Source: Leptospiraceae bacterium
Lineage (GTDB): Bacteria; Spirochaetota; Leptospiria; Leptospirales; Leptonemataceae
Direction: 5' to 3'
Length of the DNA stretch: 64,000 bases
NCBI GenBank assembly: GCA_040217195.1
Contig: JAVJNR010000003.1
Span: 640,001 to 704,000 of the forward strand
In this document: piece by piece, positions 28,290 to 38,297 of the stretch
How the letters are laid out: every line of letters starts with the position of its first letter
How positions within the stretch are numbered: position 1 is the stretch's first letter
The notes under the pieces: generated by a model
The model's database searches: none
Seen by the model: the letters and a program-made list of their open reading frames with translations, nothing else
What the model was told of the DNA's origin: nothing
Position numbers and translations under genes: made by a program

Positions 28290-29177
28290 TCATTTACAGG
28301 CTGCGCCGATGGTATTCACATATTCCGGCGCCAGATGAAACGCCGAATCGGACCCGGCAAAGCTGGTGCGAATCTTTTTCGCCTCATAGAGCTCATTCCA
28401 ATCTCGCAGCATGGAACTGGAGAGCGGACGAAAGGACCAGTGCCATGGCTCCCATTGATATCCGCCATCTCGATCTTCCGTGTAAACAAGACAGAAGCCA
28501 AAATCTGGTGCATTGGCCAGCATCCAATCATAGATCACTTTTCCTGTTCCATTTCTGTAATAGGCCGGATTCAAACTATTTATATCAAAGTCTGTGCCCC
28601 AGTGATGCCTTGAAGTTCCGGGCATACTTGAGTATTCCAGGATCATTCTTGCCCGCTCCAGAGGATTCTTGATACTGCGCAGGTCCTTGCCGTTAACCTT
28701 ACGTTGTCCGTTCCATTTCGCCTCCCAGATTCCTTTCTGAGAATAAAACGGACGGGTGGCACTCTGTACCCAGAACTTAATATTTGGATTGTCTTTCCGG
28801 AATCTAAAGAGCATTTTCTTGAGAGCTTCTGCTGTTTCTCTGCGTAGCACCATACCTTTTCTGGACGCTGGCAATCCAGCCTTCTCCAATGAAATAAAAT
28901 CTGGATGCGTGTATGGATCAAACTGCCCGGAAAGATACAGATGCGGCTCAGTATTTCCATAAAGTTGTCTGTTAGACAGATTCCCGGCGGGATCCGAATC
29001 TGCTGGGCCACATGCAAGTGTAATGGAGACCAGAAATATTGTTGTCAAAGTGACTTCAGAAAGAGTACGGCTTCCGATTTTTCTTCTCTCTAATAGAGAT
29101 ACTCTCATATTTCCTGTCTTCGTCTGATTCATTTCCATTTCCATAGCTAGATTCCGTCCTGTGTGCACCGCACCCAT
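28290..29177 (-). CDS. M15-family D-Ala-D-Ala carboxypeptidase (VanY-like) lipoprotein
   Basis: SATR, SSMPGTSRHHWGTDFD, EPWHW; start uncertain. Confidence 0.85.
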   Translation of the reverse strand: MGAVHTGRNLAMEMEMNQTKTGNMRVSLLERRKIGSRTLSEVTLTTIFLVSITLACGPADSDPAGNLSNRQLYGNTEPHLYLSGQFDPYTHPDFISLEKAGLPASRKGMVLRRETAEALKKMLFRFRKDNPNIKFWVQSATRPFYSQKGIWEAKWNGQRKVNGKDLRSIKNPLERARMILEYSSMPGTSRHHWGTDFDINSLNPAYYRNGTGKVIYDWMLANAPDFGFCLVYTEDRDGGYQWEPWHWSFRPLSSSMLRDWNELYEAKKIRTSFAGSDSAFHLAPEYVNTIGAACK

Positions 29178-29289
29178 GCCTCTTCAATTCCAGGGTCCGG
29201 CATTTATGTAAAGACAAACATGCTCAGACTTTCTAGATTCATTAAAAATCCGCTTGCCCAGGGCACCCAGTACTGTTCTACTCAGAACC

Positions 29290-30306
29290 GTGAAAGAACG
29301 TAGCCATTCCATTCCTTTACCGGAAGAGATTCCTATCAAGAAAGTAGAAGGCAATGATCGAGACCTGCTGCTAAAAATGTACGGTGAGATGCTTATGATT
29401 CGCCGGTTCGAAGAGACCGCCGCGAAAGCATATGCTCAGGGGAAGTTCGGTGGATTCTGTCACCTTTACATAGGCCAGGAGGCGGTGGGAGTAGGTGCTC
29501 TAAATGCTCTTCGCCAGGATGATTATGTAGTGAGTACATATCGCGATCACGGTCATGCATTGCAACGAGGATTGGATCCTTCAGCATTAATGGCCGAGCT
29601 ACTGGGGAAGAAAACTGGTATCGTACATGGAAAGGGCGGCTCGATGCACTTCTTCAGTAAAGATAAGAATTTCATGGGCGGTCATGGCATCGTTGGTGGT
29701 CACGTAGCGCTGGCATCCGGCATCGGTTGGTCCATTCGATACAGGAAAAAGGACAATGTATGTATCTGTTTTTTTGGAGAGGGAGCCGCCAACATAGGTG
29801 CCTTCCATGAGGGACTGAACCTGGCCAGCCTCTGGAATTTACCGGTGATCTTTATTTGTGAAAACAATCATTATAGCATGGGAACGCCTGAATATCGTTC
29901 CCTGTCCGTAGCAGACGTAAGCATCCGTGCCGTTGCCTACGATATGCCCAGAGACCATTTTAGCGGAGGAGATGTCCTGGATGTTGAACAAAAAGTTAAG
30001 AAATATGTAGATGCTGCTCGAGCCGGAGAAGGTCCGGCCTTGCTGGAAATCAGTACCTATCGCTTTCGCGGACATAGTATGTCTGACCCGGCCAAGTATC
30101 GCACCAAAGATGAGGTGGAAACCTATAAGAAGATGGATCCGCTACGCCGAGCCTACGATACTTTAATGGAGAGTGGAGTGCCCGAAAAGGACCTGGCCCG
30201 CATCGAATCAGATGTGAGCCATACACTGGAACAGGCCCTGGATTTCGCAGAAAAATCTGAAGCGCCTCCTCCCACGGACCTGTACACCGATGTGTATGCT
30301 CCATAG
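29290..30306 (+). CDS. pdhA: Pyruvate dehydrogenase E1 alpha
   Basis: GFCHLYIGQEA, YRDHGH, GKGGSMH, FGEGA, YRFRGHSMSDP; GTG start assumed. Confidence 0.93.
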   Translation: MKERSHSIPLPEEIPIKKVEGNDRDLLLKMYGEMLMIRRFEETAAKAYAQGKFGGFCHLYIGQEAVGVGALNALRQDDYVVSTYRDHGHALQRGLDPSALMAELLGKKTGIVHGKGGSMHFFSKDKNFMGGHGIVGGHVALASGIGWSIRYRKKDNVCICFFGEGAANIGAFHEGLNLASLWNLPVIFICENNHYSMGTPEYRSLSVADVSIRAVAYDMPRDHFSGGDVLDVEQKVKKYVDAARAGEGPALLEISTYRFRGHSMSDPAKYRTKDEVETYKKMDPLRRAYDTLMESGVPEKDLARIESDVSHTLEQALDFAEKSEAPPPTDLYTDVYAP

Positions 30307-30449
30307 TCCCAGAAACTTCAAGAATTCATGGAAAGAAATCAGCGAGAAGATTTAACAGAGCAAATCGTTGACCTGGCCAATTTACGGCACAAGAAATTGG
30401 CCGCAGAATAGCTAACGATGAAAAACAGAAGATCATAGAAAGGCATAAA

Positions 30450-31430
30450 ATGGGAAAGATCAAAATCAGCTACAGAGAAGCCATTCGCAGAGCATTGTTC
30501 GAGGAGATGCAGCGAGACAAAGATGTATTTCTGATGGGCGAAGAAGTGGGATACTATGAAGGGGCCTATAAGGCCACTCAAGGATTACTGAAAGAATTTG
30601 GGGAAGAACGAGTGGTGGACACTCCAATCTCCGAACAGGGATTCGCAGGGGTAGGTATTGGGGCAGCCATGTGCGGTCTGCGACCAATCATTGAATTCAT
30701 GACCTGGAACTTCTCCCTTGTGGCCTTTGATCAAATCTATAACAACGCCGCGAAAATGTATTACATGAGCGGTGGTCAGTTTTCGGTACCCGTGACTTTT
30801 CGCGGTCCGGGAGGGGCCGGTGGCATGCTGGCAGCTCAACATTCCCAGGCCCTGGAGGCATTGTATCTTCACTGTCCTGGATTGAAGGTGGTTGCTCCGT
30901 CCACTCCGTACGATGCTCTTGGTCTGCTGAAGACATCCATTCGAGACAACAATCCTGTAATCTACATGGAAGGAGAAGTTCTCTACAACGTCACCGGCGA
31001 AGTTCCAGAAGAAGAATTCTTGATACCTCTGGGACAGGCAGATCTCAAGAAGGAAGGCAAAGATTTTACCATTATTTGCTGGTCCAGAGGATACCACTTT
31101 GCCCTGGAGGCAATGGATGACATTCAGAAAGCAGGATACGATCCGGAAATACTGGATTTGCGAAGCCTGCGCCCCATGGATGAAAGTGCAATCTACGACG
31201 CGGTACGTAGAACTGGTAGAGTATTGCTAATTGAGGAGGGCTGGCCCCGAGCCTCCGTAGGGTCACATGTGGCGGATATAATCCAGAGAAATTGCTTCTA
31301 TGATCTACATGCACCGGTACTTCGCGTAACTCAGGAAGACGTTCCTATGCCTTATGCGAAGAACCTGGAATCCGCCAGCTTACCCAACCCGGCCAGAATC
31401 ATGGCGGCGGTTGAGGAGCTAATGAATTGA
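30450..31430 (+). CDS. pdhB: Pyruvate dehydrogenase E1 beta
   Basis: GEEV..Y.GAYK, DTPISE, EFMTWNF, AAQHSQ. Confidence 0.94.
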   Translation: MGKIKISYREAIRRALFEEMQRDKDVFLMGEEVGYYEGAYKATQGLLKEFGEERVVDTPISEQGFAGVGIGAAMCGLRPIIEFMTWNFSLVAFDQIYNNAAKMYYMSGGQFSVPVTFRGPGGAGGMLAAQHSQALEALYLHCPGLKVVAPSTPYDALGLLKTSIRDNNPVIYMEGEVLYNVTGEVPEEEFLIPLGQADLKKEGKDFTIICWSRGYHFALEAMDDIQKAGYDPEILDLRSLRPMDESAIYDAVRRTGRVLLIEEGWPRASVGSHVADIIQRNCFYDLHAPVLRVTQEDVPMPYAKNLESASLPNPARIMAAVEELMN

Positions 31431-31515
31431 ATAGTTATCGCGTAAACGTAGGTGGCAGCATCGGTGGTCCGATTCGACCAGTAGTAGATAGATAGCTTTC
31501 GGACAGGAATTGAAT

Positions 31516-32973
31516 ATGGCAAAGTTAATAGAACTCACTCAGCTAAGCCCCACAATGAGCGAAGGTAATTTCGTACGGTGGACTATCAACAAAGGAGATT
31601 CCGTGGATCCAGGGGATGTAATCGCTGAAGTCGAAACAGACAAGGCGGTTATGGAAATGGAAGCCCTGGATTCAGGTATTCTACTGGCAACCCTGACCGA
31701 AGAAGGGGATCGGTTACCGGTAGGAGCGCCTATGGGCATACTGGGCGAAATGGGCGAAGAAATTTCCGATTTGCTGGATGAGGCAAAGAAGAAGCTCCAG
31801 AAAGCCAAAGAAGCTGCTGATGGCGGCGAAGACTCCCAGGCCCCGGACGATGGTGATGCAAAACAAGACTCAGACCAGAAAAGCCAGGAACCTAAACCCG
31901 ACCCGGCTTCAAGCGCCTCTTCAGGCAAAGCAGATCAAGAGAGTTCAGAATCCACCATTCCATTCTCCGGTCGAACTTCAAGCAAACCTTCGGCAAATGT
32001 AAGAATTAGCAGCCCGGAAAAACCTATCCTGGATGCACCGGCGCAAAATGGACTCATCGCATTGCCGGCTCACAGAATTCTATACAAGAAAAGCAAGGCC
32101 AATGTGCGGGCCACACCTCTGGCCCGGAAAATTGCCCGCGAAAAAGGTCTGGACCTGACTTTGATTCAACCAACCGGTCGGGGAGACACAGTAACTGAGG
32201 ACGATGTAAACGATTTTCAGAAAATGCGCCCCACTGCTGCATCTGCAGGGTTTAATGTACCGCCTGACAGAAAGGTGCAATTGTCCAACATGCGAAAGGT
32301 AATCGCTTCGCGACTTCACGATGCGAAAAACAATATTCCTCACTTCTATTTAACTGTGGAGTACAACGCAGAATCTATGCTATCACTTCGCAAATCTTTA
32401 AATCAAGATCTTGCAGAAATGGCCCCAGAAGGCGAAGAGGCTCACCGGTTTTCTCTCAATGACCTGATTACTCGAGCTGTGGCTTTCAGTCTTAGAAGAC
32501 ATCCAGTTGTAAATAGCTCCTGGAGGGAAGATCATGTTCTGGAGCATGGAAACATTGATATTGGAATAGCAGTTGCTATCGATGGTGGACTGATTACTCC
32601 CTATGTTCGCAACGCCGACCAGGTTAGTTTGATTCAACTTTCGAAAAATGCTGTGGATCTTGTAGAGCGGGCACGTAGCCGAAAGCTCAGGCCAGAAGAA
32701 TTTACCAATGGAACTTTTACTATCTCCAACCTTGGAATGTTTGGAATTAAGGAATTCTCCGCCATTATCAATGAACCCGAGGCTGCCCTGCTAGCTGTGG
32801 GCGGATTGGAGGATAAGCCGGTGGTCAAGGATGGTCAGATTATTATAGAAAAAACCATTACAGTAACTCTTAGCTGCGATCATAGAGTCATTGATGGGGC
32901 CGAGGGAGCTCGTTTTCTACAAACCCTTAAAGGCTTTATCGAAAACCCATACACTTTAATTGTGGGTTCATGA
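31516..32973 (+). CDS. pdhC: Pyruvate dehydrogenase E2 dihydrolipoamide acetyltransferase
   Basis: One lipoyl domain (LSPTM, ETDKA), PSBD (ATPLARKIA), catalytic DHRVIDG. Confidence 0.94.
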   Translation: MAKLIELTQLSPTMSEGNFVRWTINKGDSVDPGDVIAEVETDKAVMEMEALDSGILLATLTEEGDRLPVGAPMGILGEMGEEISDLLDEAKKKLQKAKEAADGGEDSQAPDDGDAKQDSDQKSQEPKPDPASSASSGKADQESSESTIPFSGRTSSKPSANVRISSPEKPILDAPAQNGLIALPAHRILYKKSKANVRATPLARKIAREKGLDLTLIQPTGRGDTVTEDDVNDFQKMRPTAASAGFNVPPDRKVQLSNMRKVIASRLHDAKNNIPHFYLTVEYNAESMLSLRKSLNQDLAEMAPEGEEAHRFSLNDLITRAVAFSLRRHPVVNSSWREDHVLEHGNIDIGIAVAIDGGLITPYVRNADQVSLIQLSKNAVDLVERARSRKLRPEEFTNGTFTISNLGMFGIKEFSAIINEPEAALLAVGGLEDKPVVKDGQIIIEKTITVTLSCDHRVIDGAEGARFLQTLKGFIENPYTLIVGS

Positions 32974-33392
32974 TCCGAGACTTATTTGATCGCTCTGCGT
33001 ATTGGAAGGGCTGGCCTCTATGGCCCGCCGCAGTATTTGGCCTTTCTCTATACTGCTCGGACCCGCTTTCGGATCCTGCCGTTCAGGAGTTTAGAACCCA
33101 GGTCGCTACCGAGCATCAGCCAGGCTTTGACGCATACATCGAGCACAATTGCCAGGCCTGCCATGGGTTGAATGGCTCTGGCGGCGGTCCGCTAAATGCC
33201 TCCGGCAGGTTTAGCATTCCAGATTTTACGGATCCGTCCAGCTATCGACAGGGTTTTACAGCTTCAGAAATTCGCAATTCTATTGAATTCGGAGTGGAAG
33301 GTGGCCGAACTGGTATGCAAGCCTATCAGAACATCCCGCCCCAGCAGCTGGATGATATTTCCCGCTACATTCAATGGCTGCAAAAACAATGA
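32970..33392 (+). CDS. Monoheme c-type cytochrome
   Basis: CQACH heme motif, distal Met (TGMQAY); start overlaps pdhC stop (ATGA). Confidence 0.8.
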   Translation: MIRDLFDRSAYWKGWPLWPAAVFGLSLYCSDPLSDPAVQEFRTQVATEHQPGFDAYIEHNCQACHGLNGSGGGPLNASGRFSIPDFTDPSSYRQGFTASEIRNSIEFGVEGGRTGMQAYQNIPPQQLDDISRYIQWLQKQ

Positions 33393-35170
33393 GCCTGGAA
33401 AAAACGTTCACTAAGAGAATCATCGCCACTTTTCTACCGCCCTGGACCGAAAGGGTGGGATATCCTCCATCCAGACCAGAACTGGCAGTCCTATTTCCGG
33501 ATCGCACCAGTCCAATCCCCCTGGATCTGGCCCCCTCCTCCAGTCTGGATGGCATCTATCTGGACGGCGATGATGCCGCCAGGGATTCGCGCCAGCTAAC
33601 CGGGCAGCTAGAAACTCTTTCTCCCGGCGGGATAGCAGTAATGATTCTATCGAAGCAGTACTGGACCAAACGGGACTTAAAACAGGCCTGCGATGGAACT
33701 GGTTTCAGAATATTGTTTTCCAGCCCAATTCAAAGCGGGCAGAAAGTGAAAATTAGCAGCGAAGGACTTCCTGTGCCCGCCTCCTGGTATCAGCGAATCT
33801 TTCGTTCAGGTCGATTGGCCGCCTTTCCCGCTCTTTCTTTTCCCGGGGGCAAGGGGCTGTTTGTTGTATTGCAAAAGAAGTTTTCCCAGTCGCTTTCAAG
33901 TCGTATCGGATTGAGCGTAGTAATGCTGATGCCTGAAAATCGGGAAGCAGCGGCAAGAATGCTTCTTCGATGGGATTCCTTCTTGAAAGAAAAGAAATTC
34001 GACGATGCTCAGCTGGTTTACGTTGAGGATTCCCATCTGGATCCACCTCCTCTCAATTTGCAGGCAGATGCTGTGCGAAAGGTAGACCATTACCGACCCA
34101 CCGGACCTTACGGGGCCTTTCGGTCAGGCCTGGCCTTCAGTCGCGGCCGAAAAGTAATTGTGGATTTTTCCCGCGGGACGGTGGACCCTTCCCTTTGCAT
34201 GCCCCTCCTGGACAGATTTGTTCAAGAAGAAAAAAATATGGGCAAAAGGCACTTCGCAGTTCAGGGTGTGGACTACCGTATGCGAAACCCTTATGGCTGG
34301 CTCAGAGGGTTTTTCTTAAGATTTGTGGCAGGAACAGTGTATCCAGATTCGCCATTGCGCATCTATCCTTCCTGGACTGCATCTTTGCTGGCAGATTTAC
34401 ATCCTGAAGAAGTGGAAAAGTATCCGCTGCTCATGTCCATGATAGTCAAGAAGAACGGCGGCAGATTTATCAATGAAAAGCTGAATATTGCAGGAGTGAA
34501 GAATGCCCTGAAGCTGAGTATTCCTGGAATGCTCCTCTCCTATTTGCGACTCAGGGCCGGTAAGTTACTGGGATTATTGTTAATTAGTTTGCTTGCACTT
34601 TCGACTCTGCCCCATCTGCAAAAGGGAATGATTCAATTTCAAATGAGTCTGGGCAATCCAAATACATCTCTGGAATGGATACTGGCTGGATCGGCACTTA
34701 TATTAAGCCTGAATGGGACCATGGATTCCAGAAGTGGCACCGGGGCCATGTTCCACAGATATCTTCAGTCCCGAGTACCCGCCTGGAAAGCGAATCTCAA
34801 CCGATTCAGGCAGAGCATTGCCAGTTCCTGGGTGTTGCGAAACGGGCTGCTTTTTCTTCAGGCATTCATCGTATCCATTGGCTTTTATGTTGCATCCGCT
34901 TTATTGCTCTTTCGTCGCCCGGGCCGCGGAAGGTGGATACTTCTCACCTATTTCCTCCACATCCTGGCTATGGTCCATCTTCTGGTATTTAACGATTCCT
35001 TACCTCTTCAGACAGAGCACTGGGAAAAGGGTTTAAGCAGCCTGAATTCAATCATAGTTCAATTACTTTCGCCCAAGAGTGTTCCGCCAATTCTACTCTG
35101 GATTCTGGGTAGCCTTCAAATTGGCACTGCCCTGATTGTGATTCGCCTGTTTCGCAGAAAGAATCTCTGA
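33374..35170 (+). CDS. Hypothetical membrane protein with degenerate GT2-like domain
   Basis: Long ORF; LSVVM..YVEDS..G.YGAFRSGL..SRG pattern; C-terminal TMs. Confidence 0.55.
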   Translation: MAAKTMSLEKTFTKRIIATFLPPWTERVGYPPSRPELAVLFPDRTSPIPLDLAPSSSLDGIYLDGDDAARDSRQLTGQLETLSPGGIAVMILSKQYWTKRDLKQACDGTGFRILFSSPIQSGQKVKISSEGLPVPASWYQRIFRSGRLAAFPALSFPGGKGLFVVLQKKFSQSLSSRIGLSVVMLMPENREAAARMLLRWDSFLKEKKFDDAQLVYVEDSHLDPPPLNLQADAVRKVDHYRPTGPYGAFRSGLAFSRGRKVIVDFSRGTVDPSLCMPLLDRFVQEEKNMGKRHFAVQGVDYRMRNPYGWLRGFFLRFVAGTVYPDSPLRIYPSWTASLLADLHPEEVEKYPLLMSMIVKKNGGRFINEKLNIAGVKNALKLSIPGMLLSYLRLRAGKLLGLLLISLLALSTLPHLQKGMIQFQMSLGNPNTSLEWILAGSALILSLNGTMDSRSGTGAMFHRYLQSRVPAWKANLNRFRQSIASSWVLRNGLLFLQAFIVSIGFYVASALLLFRRPGRGRWILLTYFLHILAMVHLLVFNDSLPLQTEHWEKGLSSLNSIIVQLLSPKSVPPILLWILGSLQIGTALIVIRLFRRKNL

Positions 35171-36103
35171 AACTATAACTCCAGAAACGATCATCGCCGC
35201 TCCCAGGCTCTCTGTCCATCCAAGGAACTGCCCCAGAATAAGAAAAGCGAATACTCCTGCAAACACTGGTTCCATGGCATATATCAGGGATGCCCTCGCA
35301 GGCGATGTTTCCTTCTGAAATCTGACCTGAATCAATACAGTGCCGATGGTTGCCGGAATACTCAGATAAGTTAAACTTAGCAGTAGCTCAAGATCCCATT
35401 TCTGCTGGCCCAGAAATTCCAGACTGCCTTTTCCGTCCAGATACGGATCATCCATCCCAAGGATCGATGCCAGCGCTGCTGCCAGGCCAGTCCCCAGAAT
35501 CTGATAAAAAGTGAGGTCTGCCGTGGAGTATCGCCTGGAAAAGACATCCAGAAACGTAATCAGCAGAGCAAAGCTAAATGCGCAGGCTATGGTCAGCCAA
35601 TCTCCTTTATTCCAGTTGTCTCCCTCCGGCGTCCCCAGCAGAAAAAAGGCACCTGCAAGAACCAGCACCAGACCAATATAGGCACCGTTGACCACCCTTC
35701 TGCGCAGAAAGAAAATCTGCATAGGAAATGTAAACAGTACCAGTAGCTGAGTAATAAAGGCAGATCGAGCCGGAGTGGTATAGACCAGGCCCTGGGTCTG
35801 CAGTCCATAACCGGCAAAAGAAATGAGCCCTAGAAAAAGTCCTGCCAGGGGACCTATTGAAAGTGAAAAACCGGAGGATAGTATCTTGCTTTCCGGGGCT
35901 TTGTCTGTGGAAGGTTGGTTTCCTGTCCTGCTCCTGAGATAAAGAAAACCAGGAAAGAAACAGAGAGCTGCCACCAGAAAACGGATGGCCACCATCAAAT
36001 AGGGAGGCATTTGATCTACGGCCAGCTCAATGGCCACAAAGGTACCTCCCCAGAACAGAGCACAAAGAAGTAGCATCAAATCTGCCCGAAAACGTAGGAA
36101 CAC
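35093..36103 (-). CDS. DMT/EamA family transporter
   Basis: LFWGGTF, AIRF, LQT.GL.YT...SAFIT, GD..T, YAMEPVFA; GTG start at 36103 assumed. Confidence 0.88.
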   Translation of the reverse strand: MFLRFRADLMLLLCALFWGGTFVAIELAVDQMPPYLMVAIRFLVAALCFFPGFLYLRSRTGNQPSTDKAPESKILSSGFSLSIGPLAGLFLGLISFAGYGLQTQGLVYTTPARSAFITQLLVLFTFPMQIFFLRRRVVNGAYIGLVLVLAGAFFLLGTPEGDNWNKGDWLTIACAFSFALLITFLDVFSRRYSTADLTFYQILGTGLAAALASILGMDDPYLDGKGSLEFLGQQKWDLELLLSLTYLSIPATIGTVLIQVRFQKETSPARASLIYAMEPVFAGVFAFLILGQFLGWTESLGAAMIVSGVIVSEILSAKQANHNQGSANLKATQNPE

Positions 36104-36146
36104 GAAAATCAATTGCCGGGTGCGGGCTTCATCGTCATCTGAAAAA

Positions 36147-38087
36147 ATGTTTGCAGCCCTGGACTGGATCATACTGGCCATATACATAGGCATTGCCCTT
36201 CTGGCAGGCCTGGCACTGAGCAAGAAAGCCTCATCCAGTATGGAGTCCTACTTTCTGGCCGGACGCAACCTTCCCTGGTGGTGGCTGGGCACTTCCATGG
36301 TGGCAACTACCTTCGCAGCCGATACACCTCTCGCTATCACTGGAATTACCGTAAAGAGCGGCATATCAGGAAACTGGTTCTGGTGGAGCTGGGCACTTAC
36401 TTACATGGCAGGTGCTATTTTCTTTGCGCGAAAATGGAGGCGATCCGAAGTTCTAACAGACATTGAATTCATAGAGTTAAGATACGGAACCGCAGCAGGT
36501 TCCTGGCTCAGGCTTTTCAAGGCCGGATACATGAGCCTGATCATGAACAGCATAATTCTTGGCTGGGTATTTCGCGCCATGGCCAAAATTACCACTCCCT
36601 TTGTTCACTGGGATGAGATTCTTTCTCCGGAAATCTATTCTGTACTTCTTGCGCACTGGCCGAACATGCTCTTGTTTGGAGTGGAAGGATACTCTGATGT
36701 TTCCAACCTGAATCATACTATAACGTTACTTCTTTTGTTTGCAGGAGTCGTGGTTTATTCCATGCTAGGTGGTATTCGCGGAGTTATTCTTACAGATCTA
36801 ATTCAGTTTGCCATGGCCATGATTGGATCCTTTATATTTGCCTACCTGGCCGTGGATTATGCCGGTGGAATGGACAATGTAGTATCTTCCATTCAGTCCC
36901 AGTACGCCGGAGGCGGACAGAGCAAGCTTTCGCTCATGCCGGACCTGACTACAATGACCATCAGTCTATTCGCAGTGTATTTCCTGATTCAGTGGTGGAG
37001 CCAGTACTTTTCGGATGGATCTGGCTACCTGGCCCAGAGAATGAACACCGCGAAGACACCCCAGGATGCAACTCGAGGATCTCTCTGGTTCGTATTCGCA
37101 AATTTCATGCTTCGCACCTGGCCCTGGGTTTTGATTGGCCTGGTTACGCTGGCACTGTTTCCGCTGGCAGTTCTGGACTCTGGTTTAACCGGCGATGCAC
37201 TTGCTGCCCGGTGCTCTTCGGCAGAACCCCTGGGATCTTCCATTTCCAGTTTTGCCACAGGCATTAGCACTGAAGATGTACGGATGGTCTGTGTTGATCC
37301 AGAAATGGGATATCCGGTTTTGATGAAATACGTTCTACCTGCCGGCTTACTGGGATTCGTATTTGCAGGTCTGATGGCTGCTTTCATGAGTACCGTGGAT
37401 ACCCACATCAACTGGGCGGGCTCCTATCTAGTAAACGATATCTATTTACGGTTCATCAAACCCGAAGCTTCCCAGAAAAAACAGGTTCAGGCCAGCCGAT
37501 GGGCCGTTTTTGTTGTAGCTGCCATTTCCATGATGGTGGCCTCACAGATAGGTAGCATTGAAGCTGCCTGGAAATTCTTAATCGCTCTGGCTGCAGGAAT
37601 GGGATTGCCACAAATCCTGAGGTGGATTTGGTGGAGAGCCAATGCATACACGGAAATCTCCGGAATGCTGGCATCGTTGCTTCTTACAATACTTCTCTAT
37701 TCCATCTATCCTACACTACAATCGACCTTTGGATGGGGCGAACTTAAGGCGGAACATGGCCTGGCATTTACAGCTCTCGGTTCAGCCTTTGTATGCATTC
37801 TGGTTACTCTTCGCACAGCCCCTACACCATCGCACGTTCTGGAAGGATTCCAAAAAAGGGTGGATCCCACGGGCTTCTGGCCTGATTCAAACCATCCCGC
37901 TCGAGCCAGAAAAGAATTCTTTCAGGATGTCCGATTGTGGCTTTCCGGTAACGTGGCCATCCTCAGCGGAATGCTAATTCCTGGTTATTTGCTACTGGGA
38001 GACTACCTGGGAGCAACTGTCTGCCTGATTGTGGCCGGACCAGCCTCTTACTTCACTCACCATCTCTGGAAGGCCAGGCGTCTATAG
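36147..38087 (+). CDS. Sodium:solute symporter (SSS) family protein
   Basis: YFLAGRNLPWW, SMVATTFAADTP, GGIRGVILTDLIQF, AAFMSTVDT; start moved to MFAALDW. Confidence 0.9.
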   Translation: MFAALDWIILAIYIGIALLAGLALSKKASSSMESYFLAGRNLPWWWLGTSMVATTFAADTPLAITGITVKSGISGNWFWWSWALTYMAGAIFFARKWRRSEVLTDIEFIELRYGTAAGSWLRLFKAGYMSLIMNSIILGWVFRAMAKITTPFVHWDEILSPEIYSVLLAHWPNMLLFGVEGYSDVSNLNHTITLLLLFAGVVVYSMLGGIRGVILTDLIQFAMAMIGSFIFAYLAVDYAGGMDNVVSSIQSQYAGGGQSKLSLMPDLTTMTISLFAVYFLIQWWSQYFSDGSGYLAQRMNTAKTPQDATRGSLWFVFANFMLRTWPWVLIGLVTLALFPLAVLDSGLTGDALAARCSSAEPLGSSISSFATGISTEDVRMVCVDPEMGYPVLMKYVLPAGLLGFVFAGLMAAFMSTVDTHINWAGSYLVNDIYLRFIKPEASQKKQVQASRWAVFVVAAISMMVASQIGSIEAAWKFLIALAAGMGLPQILRWIWWRANAYTEISGMLASLLLTILLYSIYPTLQSTFGWGELKAEHGLAFTALGSAFVCILVTLRTAPTPSHVLEGFQKRVDPTGFWPDSNHPARARKEFFQDVRLWLSGNVAILSGMLIPGYLLLGDYLGATVCLIVAGPASYFTHHLWKARRL

Positions 38088-38297
38088 AATTGTGTCCACA
38101 GGAATTTAATGCATAAGCAATCCTGATCTCCCGGTCCGGGTGCAAAACCCGGGCTCTACGGCACTGTGGGCAGCCAGTGTTGCTTTTTCTAAGCTACCGA
38201 AGGGACTGTACAGATCAAGGTTCTATGCCTGGTTCCGTGGCAATCTCAAAAATCCGGACACCCTTAACGCCAGACCGGGATTAATTATTATTTCCGG

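Noticed and set aside
36030..36223. Apparent overlap of the DMT and SSS 5' ends in the ORF track
   Set aside because: Resolved by downstream starts (36103 on -, 36147 on +)
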